Origin: Kiritimatiellia bacterium
GTDB lineage: Bacteria; Verrucomicrobiota; Kiritimatiellia; UBA8416; SLMC01
Direction of reading: 5' to 3'
Length of the DNA stretch: 54,380 bases
Assembly (NCBI GenBank): GCA_007134465.1
Contig: SLKS01000311.1
Coordinates: 1 to 54,380, forward strand
Part shown: positions 49,264 to 54,380 of the stretch, one piece after another
Numbering within the stretch: position 1 is the first letter of the stretch
Layout: each line of letters opens with the position of its first letter
Notes under the pieces: generated by a model
Seen by the model: only the letters and a program-made list of their open reading frames with translations
Told to the model about the DNA's origin: nothing
Database searches by the model: none
Program-made: the position numbers and the translations under genes

Positions 49264-51519
49264 TCAGTAGTCGCGGCGCCAGCCGAGATCGAGCCCGGCT
49301 TCGGCGTCGGTTCCCAGTTCCGTTTCCAGGCGCAGCGCTGGCGTCAATTCCCATTCGACACGTGCACGCCCGCTTTCCGTGCCGATCCCGTGCTCCACGG
49401 CAAGATAGACACGGTCGCCGATATACCGGCCTACGCTAACCATCGCCCCGTCTTCGGCTTCCGCTTCGCGCACTTCGATCTGGTCCACGCGCAGAAGTCG
49501 GCGAGTCTGGCCCATGAGATCGAAGGCGCTGCCGCCGCCGCGCAAACTGTGCGCCGCGCGGGCCAGCGTCACAGCCTGCCAGGGCGTGACGCGGGCCGTT
49601 TCCCGGCCGAATAGGAGCCGGGCCAGAATCTCGTCTTCGGGCAAATCCAGATCGGATTCCAACCGCGTTTGCGGCGCATCGAGATGCCCGAATACGCGCA
49701 GCGAAGCCCGAATGCCGCCCGCGCGCGTCTCGGCCAGCACATCGAGCGCAGGCAAAGGCGGCCGGCCGCCATCGAGCATGATCGAGCCGCGCATGATCGC
49801 CAACCGCTTGCCGAAAAAAGCCCAGCGCCCGCGCACCACATGCAATGCGCCGCTCAGCTCGGGCGCGAAGGCCGACCCGCGCAATTGCAAGCGCCCCTTC
49901 CATTCGGAATCCAGACCCCGCCCCCGTACATGCGCGCGATCGCGAAACGCAATCTCCACATCCAGTTGCGCGTCGTGTTCGGCCCAAAGCCGCCGACGCG
50001 ACGAGGGCGCGGACTCTTCCTCCGCAACGCCGTCCATTTCGACGTAGTCCAGTTCCGCAGGAAAAGGCGGCGGCCGCTCGGGAATGATCAGTTCCATGGG
50101 CGCCACATCCAGCCGCCCGCTCAGCCGACTCGCCCTGCGATCGCCTGTCCAGACAATTGTCCCGTTCCCCGTCGCCTGTCCAAACTCGTTTCTGAACAGG
50201 CGAAAATCGGTCAGGGTCAGCGATGTTTCCGCCGGATAATCCGCCTGCGGATCCACCTGCACGGAACCCCGCCACAATAAGCGCCCGCGCCCGCCGTCGG
50301 TCGCCCGAAAAAAATCGAGCGCGATGCGGTCGCGCCGACCGGAAAAGGCTGCCTCCATCTCGCGAAGAATCACTCCGGCCCGGTCGTGCTCGTAGGCGCC
50401 GTTCTCGATCCCGATCCGGCCGGACGCTTCCGGCTGCGCGACGGTTCCGGCCACCGACAAGTCGGCAGTGAACCGGCCGGACAAGCGGTGTTCGTCCGCG
50501 AGAAAGATCGGCGCCAGCTCGGCCAGATCGGCTTCGGTTCGCCAGCGCCCGGAAATCGGCCCGGCAGGCGGCCAACGCAAGCGAGCCGGCGCGAACGACA
50601 GGTCCAAAGGCCATTCGCCTTCCAGCTCGGCATGACGCCGACCGTTCGATTCCAGCGTCAACCGGCCGTGCGCGCGGCGGTCGCGCAAGGTGAAGTCGAC
50701 CGAAGCCGACAGCGCGGAACCGACCCTCTCGGCAACGTGTGCGGGAACGGGAAACGTTGCCCGAACCTGTACACCTATGCTCGGGTTGGTCGCCGCCCCC
50801 TCGATCCGCCCATGGACCTGCGCAAGATCGGCCAGAGCCATGCGCAGGTCTCCTGCAAGCTCGCCCCCGTCCATGTGCAGATTGCCAACGACGTGCAGAA
50901 CGTCCGGCGCCGCGTCGGAAACCGCGTCGTCCGGCCAAGTCTCGATCCGGCAATCCAGGCGCCGGGCGAACGCATTCCCGGCTCTGTCCTCGTCCAACGG
51001 CGCCCAGCGTCCCGCGATGCGCGCCGTCTGCGGTCGCGCCGCCAGAGGCGGCCCGACCGCAACACGCTCCAGCAGCAACTCGGAGACAACAAGCCTGTGC
51101 AGCAGAAATTCCGGATCGGGCAACGCGATGTCGCCCGTGCGCGGAGCAGGCGGCTCCGGCGCAGCCGGCCAGCTTCGCACCGTCAGCTCCGAAAGCCGGG
51201 CATGATGAACCCACAAACGTTTTCGCAAAAGCTGTCGGGCCGACACGCGCAGAACGAGATCGCGCGCCTCGGCATGAACCTCGTCGTCGGACGCGATGCG
51301 AATGCGGCCGATGCGCAGTTCCATCGGCCAACGCAGGGCCGCATCGCGCAGTTGCACCTCGGCGCCGAGCGCCTGCGAAGCCGCGCGCTCCGCGCGCCGC
51401 GCTAGCCGACGCTGGCCCGGCGGCGACAGAGCCAGCCCGATCGCCATCGCCGCCAGCGCCAGAATCAGCGCCAGCCCGCGCACGATCCGCTTCGCTGTCT
51501 TTGCAAAACGCGTTTTCAT
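49264..51519 (-). CDS. tamB: translocation and assembly module subunit TamB-like protein (DUF490), short form
   Basis: 751 aa from MKTRFAKTAKRIVRGLALILALAAMAIGLAL (signal anchor). The C-terminus VGRYIGDRVYLAVEHGIGTESGRARVEWELTPALRLETELGTDAEAGLDLGWRRDY is the DUF490 signature. Start corrected from 51687. 32 nt after tamA. Confidence 0.8.
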   Translation of the reverse strand: MKTRFAKTAKRIVRGLALILALAAMAIGLALSPPGQRRLARRAERAASQALGAEVQLRDAALRWPMELRIGRIRIASDDEVHAEARDLVLRVSARQLLRKRLWVHHARLSELTVRSWPAAPEPPAPRTGDIALPDPEFLLHRLVVSELLLERVAVGPPLAARPQTARIAGRWAPLDEDRAGNAFARRLDCRIETWPDDAVSDAAPDVLHVVGNLHMDGGELAGDLRMALADLAQVHGRIEGAATNPSIGVQVRATFPVPAHVAERVGSALSASVDFTLRDRRAHGRLTLESNGRRHAELEGEWPLDLSFAPARLRWPPAGPISGRWRTEADLAELAPIFLADEHRLSGRFTADLSVAGTVAQPEASGRIGIENGAYEHDRAGVILREMEAAFSGRRDRIALDFFRATDGGRGRLLWRGSVQVDPQADYPAETSLTLTDFRLFRNEFGQATGNGTIVWTGDRRASRLSGRLDVAPMELIIPERPPPFPAELDYVEMDGVAEEESAPSSRRRLWAEHDAQLDVEIAFRDRAHVRGRGLDSEWKGRLQLRGSAFAPELSGALHVVRGRWAFFGKRLAIMRGSIMLDGGRPPLPALDVLAETRAGGIRASLRVFGHLDAPQTRLESDLDLPEDEILARLLFGRETARVTPWQAVTLARAAHSLRGGGSAFDLMGQTRRLLRVDQIEVREAEAEDGAMVSVGRYIGDRVYLAVEHGIGTESGRARVEWELTPALRLETELGTDAEAGLDLGWRRDY

Positions 51520-51551
51520 TGTTCGACGTTCGTTGTTTTTCTTCCCCTGTT

Positions 51552-53363
51552 TCAAAACGCCTGTCCCAGGCTGATATAGAACTGATAGCGGTCGTCGGCT
51601 TCGGGCCGCCGGTCGAGCGGGACGGCCGCATCCAGACGCAAAGGACCGACCGGCGTGAAATAGCGCAAGCCCGCGCCCGCGCCCCACAACAGGCTGTTGG
51701 CGTCCATAGACGTTGTCGAAAAGGCTTTTCCGCCGTCCGCGAACAGGACCACGCCCATATAGCGGGTGGCTCGCCAGCGCAGCTCCGAGGAAACGGCCGC
51801 CAGCGCAACGCCGCCCAGCGGTGTTGTCCCGTCAAGTTCGCCGGCCATCTGGTAGCCGTAGCCGCGCACGCTCCCGCCGCCGCCGGCATAGAAGCGTTCG
51901 TCCGCCGGAATCGCCGCGCGCGACGCGCCGGTCAGCACGCCCCCGATCGCGCGTCCGGCCCAGTCCAGCTCGGGCCGTCGAGTCAGCCGCAAATAGCGAG
52001 TGTAGCCGATGCGCGTTTTGACAAAGGTCAGGTCGGACCCCAGCAGGTCCGCATAGGGCGTGGCGCCGAGCGACCAGCGCGAGCCCCGGCGCGGGTCGAG
52101 CAGATCGTCGCTGCGATCCCAATCCCAGCGCAGCGGAAGATGGAGCAATCCGAACCGCTCGCGGGTTGTTCCGTCGCGCTCGCGCACGTCGGCATGCCTG
52201 TAGCCAAACCCCATTCCCGCGGACATGCCCTGCCGAAGATCGCGGTCCACACCGAGCAAAGCGCCCGCGTTTCGGCTGTGAAAGGCATCGGTATCCTCCT
52301 GCGCCGCTCTCACATGCAGAGACAGCGCCTGATCGTTTCGCCGGAAGGCGGGCCGCCGGAAGCGGGCCTCGGCGTTCTGTCCGATTTCCGAGACGGCGGC
52401 GCCCAGATGCAAACGCTCGCCGGCGCCCAGCCAGTTGCGATGTTCCCAGAACAGGCGCGCGCGCGCGCCCTCGTCGCTTCCGTAGCCGGCCCCCGCTCCC
52501 AGCGTGCGCGGCTTGCGTTCCGCCAGTTCCGCGCGCATCGGCAACGCCGGTTCCGGTTGCGCATCGGGTTCCGGAATCAGGCGGACAGACGAGAACAATT
52601 CTGTTGCCGCCCAGCGGCGCCGCGCCAGCAGAACCTTGTCGCCATCGTACGGCTCGCCTTCCCGCCAGGGAATGCTGCCGCGCAAGAACGTCTCGCGCAC
52701 CGAAGGCGCCCCGACAATCGTCAGCGGCCCGAACGTCGCGAACGGACCGGGTTCGAAAACGAAATGCGCATCCAGCGCCCGTGCGGCATGGTCCACTTTC
52801 ACGATCCGATCGGCCATGCGCGCGAACGGATAGCCGCGCCGTTGCGCCTCGCGCGCCAGCCGCTGCTCGGCATCGAGCACATCGCGCGCGCGCGCGATAG
52901 CGCCAACGGTCAACCCCGTCGCGGACATGTCCGGAAGCGGCGTGTCGGCCGCCGCCCCGTCGGCCAGGGTCAGGCGGATATGGCGCAAGCGGTAAGGCTC
53001 GCCCTTTTCGATGCGGAACAGCACGCGGACCGGCCGGCGGTCCGTCCGGATTTCGGTGGCGACAGTCGCGCCGTAATACCCGTGCGAGCGCAGCACGCGC
53101 AGAAAACGCTCCTCGTCGGCCTGCAAGCGCCGGCGCAATTGCCGCTCGGAGGCTGGCGGCCTTTTCGCGCGCGCGATCGCGTCGGAAATGTCGGTCAGCT
53201 CGCGCGCGATGGCCGAATCCTTCACGCCGCGCACGCGCACCCGGTAGCGCCAGGCTTGCTCCGTATCCGCTCCGGCCGCCGACCGCGCCATTCCCGCCAC
53301 GCACAGGAACGCGCATGCGCGCCCCAACCATCCGACTCGGCTATGGCATATGAACAGCTTCAC
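51552..53363 (-). CDS. tamA: Omp85-family outer membrane protein, TamA-like (POTRA repeats plus surface-antigen beta-barrel)
   Basis: 603 aa. GTG start with a signal peptide. POTRA-like Y....I.F.G repeats. Ends with the C-terminal barrel ...RFYAGGGGSVRGY........YQFYISLGQAF (terminal aromatic residue). Confidence 0.82.
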   Translation of the reverse strand: MKLFICHSRVGWLGRACAFLCVAGMARSAAGADTEQAWRYRVRVRGVKDSAIARELTDISDAIARAKRPPASERQLRRRLQADEERFLRVLRSHGYYGATVATEIRTDRRPVRVLFRIEKGEPYRLRHIRLTLADGAAADTPLPDMSATGLTVGAIARARDVLDAEQRLAREAQRRGYPFARMADRIVKVDHAARALDAHFVFEPGPFATFGPLTIVGAPSVRETFLRGSIPWREGEPYDGDKVLLARRRWAATELFSSVRLIPEPDAQPEPALPMRAELAERKPRTLGAGAGYGSDEGARARLFWEHRNWLGAGERLHLGAAVSEIGQNAEARFRRPAFRRNDQALSLHVRAAQEDTDAFHSRNAGALLGVDRDLRQGMSAGMGFGYRHADVRERDGTTRERFGLLHLPLRWDWDRSDDLLDPRRGSRWSLGATPYADLLGSDLTFVKTRIGYTRYLRLTRRPELDWAGRAIGGVLTGASRAAIPADERFYAGGGGSVRGYGYQMAGELDGTTPLGGVALAAVSSELRWRATRYMGVVLFADGGKAFSTTSMDANSLLWGAGAGLRYFTPVGPLRLDAAVPLDRRPEADDRYQFYISLGQAF

Positions 53364-54253
53364 CTTGTGCCGTTTCTTTCCTCGCTGTCGTACGGGTCAC
53401 GGATCGCTTCTTCCTTCCGCGCCTGTTCAGGCAGAGGAGCCGCGAGCGCGACACGAAACCCGATGGTATCCGAATGAAGATCGGGATACCAGTAATTCCT
53501 GAAATCCACCTGACAGGCTTCCGGACGGCTGCGCCAGCCGCCGCCCCGATGTACGCGGCAAGGCCCTGCCCGAGCGCCCGTGGGATCGGTGTCGGGCAAT
53601 TCGCGCAGCCGCGACTGCCACCAGTCGTAGCACCATTCGCCCGCGTTGCCGCTCATATCGTACAATCCCAGCGCATTCGGCAATAGCTTGCCGACCGCGC
53701 GCGGCTTGCCGCCGCTGTTGCCCGCATGCCAGCCGACCTCGTCCAATACGTCCGAACCGCTATAGGCAAGAGGATGGGCTTGCATGCCGCCCCGCGCGGC
53801 GAATTCCCACTCCGCCTCGGTGGGCAGCCGGAAAACGAGTCCTTCGGGCAAGCGGCCGGCCGCTTGCTCGCGCTCGGTCAGACGATGGCAAAAACGCATG
53901 GCCTCATGCCAGGTAACGTTCACTGCCGGGAGGTTGTCCCCGCGCACGGAGGATGGATTCTCGCCTGTAACGGTTTTGTACTGGCGCTGCGTTGTTTCTG
54001 TGGTCGCGAGCCAAAAAACGCGCGACAGACGGACTGTTCGCCCGCCCTGGCCGCGCACGGAACCCATGCGAAACACGCCGGGGTCAACCCGCACCCATTC
54101 CAGCGCCGGATCGTCCGTTCGAAAGACGGCGCCCGGCGCTGCGGGAGCAACGGACGCCGGAGATTCGGCATGATCGGACCCGCATCCGCTTGCCAGCGCC
54201 GCGCATAGCGCGCACAGCAGAAAGCGAAAACGCACGGGCATATCCCTCCCCAT
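53360..54253 (-). CDS. formylglycine-generating-enzyme (FGE-sulfatase/SUMF1) family lipoprotein
   Basis: Lipobox LASGC after MPVRFRFLLCALCAA. WHEAMRFCHRLTE, LPTEAEWEFAARGG, NALGLYDMSGNAGEWCYDWW and RVHRGGGW are typical FGE-domain strings. Alternative start at 54241 (GGAGG 3 nt upstream). The stop overlaps the tamA GTG (GTGA). Confidence 0.85.
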   Translation of the reverse strand: MGRDMPVRFRFLLCALCAALASGCGSDHAESPASVAPAAPGAVFRTDDPALEWVRVDPGVFRMGSVRGQGGRTVRLSRVFWLATTETTQRQYKTVTGENPSSVRGDNLPAVNVTWHEAMRFCHRLTEREQAAGRLPEGLVFRLPTEAEWEFAARGGMQAHPLAYSGSDVLDEVGWHAGNSGGKPRAVGKLLPNALGLYDMSGNAGEWCYDWWQSRLRELPDTDPTGARAGPCRVHRGGGWRSRPEACQVDFRNYWYPDLHSDTIGFRVALAAPLPEQARKEEAIRDPYDSEERNGTR

Positions 54254-54264
54254 TGTTCACCCCG

Positions 54265-54330
54265 GGTTTCCGCCCTCATCCCTCTCTTCAGGTTTCAGGT
54301 TTCCGCCCTCATCCCTCTCTTCAGGTTTCC
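54265..54330. repeat. 33-nt direct tandem repeat, 2 copies
   Basis: GGTTTCCGCCCTCATCCCTCTCTTCAGGTTTCA (54265-54297) is repeated at 54298-54330 with one end mismatch. It lies just upstream of the FGE-like gene, near the window edge. Confidence 0.85.
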
Positions 54331-54380
54331 ACCCTTGTCACGTCCTGATTTCCGTTTGACACTTTTTGGTTGTTAATAGA

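Noticed and set aside
1-54380. I looked for CRISPR repeats, IS or transposase ends, integrases, phage genes, defence-system or toxin-antitoxin pairs, and rRNA.
   Set aside because: None seen. The only repeats are the 33-nt tandem at 54265-54330 and the 12-nt tandem at 46949-46972. All sizeable ORFs are accounted for by housekeeping genes.

Overview
GC-rich bacterial chromosome segment made up almost entirely of core housekeeping genes. I saw no CRISPR array, IS or transposon, integrase, phage or toxin-antitoxin signature, and no rRNA.

Plus strand, 1-15.8 kb:
- A truncated DUF2961/GH172-like gene sits divergent from an AraC-family regulator.
- gcvH-gcvPA-gcvPB, with no gcvT.
- rplM-rpsI, followed by a clear intrinsic terminator.
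- A translationally coupled glycogen cluster: alpha-glucan phosphorylase, GT5 glycogen synthase and a GH13 branching enzyme.
- A PHP-domain metallohydrolase plus xylose-isomerase-like TIM-barrel pair.
- mgtE behind a long structured leader.

Minus strand, 54.25 kb down to 15.8 kb, is one uninterrupted co-directional run:
- FGE-like lipoprotein, tamA, tamB, and a multidomain T2SSE_N/REC/DUF4388 signalling protein.
- A 534-nt gap containing a sigma70-like promoter.
- tRNA-Thr, tuf, rpmG, tRNA-Trp, secE, nusG, rplKAJL, rpoBC, rpsLG, fusA.
- The full S10, spc and alpha ribosomal clusters, ending at rplQ.
- rpmJ, rpmG, both tRNAs and the gene truncated at position 1 are absent from the ORF track; I found them by reading the reverse strand.

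Many long ORFs in the track are antisense or out-of-frame shadows typical of high-GC DNA. Several track ORFs start too far upstream, and I give corrected starts.

I do not see a convincing wholly new system in this window. The parts most worth a second look are:
- the mgtE leader with mutually exclusive SD-sequestering folds;
- the T2SSE_N / degenerate HD-like / REC / DUF4388 protein;
- the FGE-like lipoprotein coupled to tamAB;
- the PHP + TIM-barrel pair behind the glycogen genes;
- a four-cysteine (zinc-ribbon-like) L24 and other r-protein extensions.

Gene content (DUF2961, FGE-type lipoprotein, DUF4388, no L30) loosely suggests a PVC-group organism, but taxonomy cannot be settled from this window.
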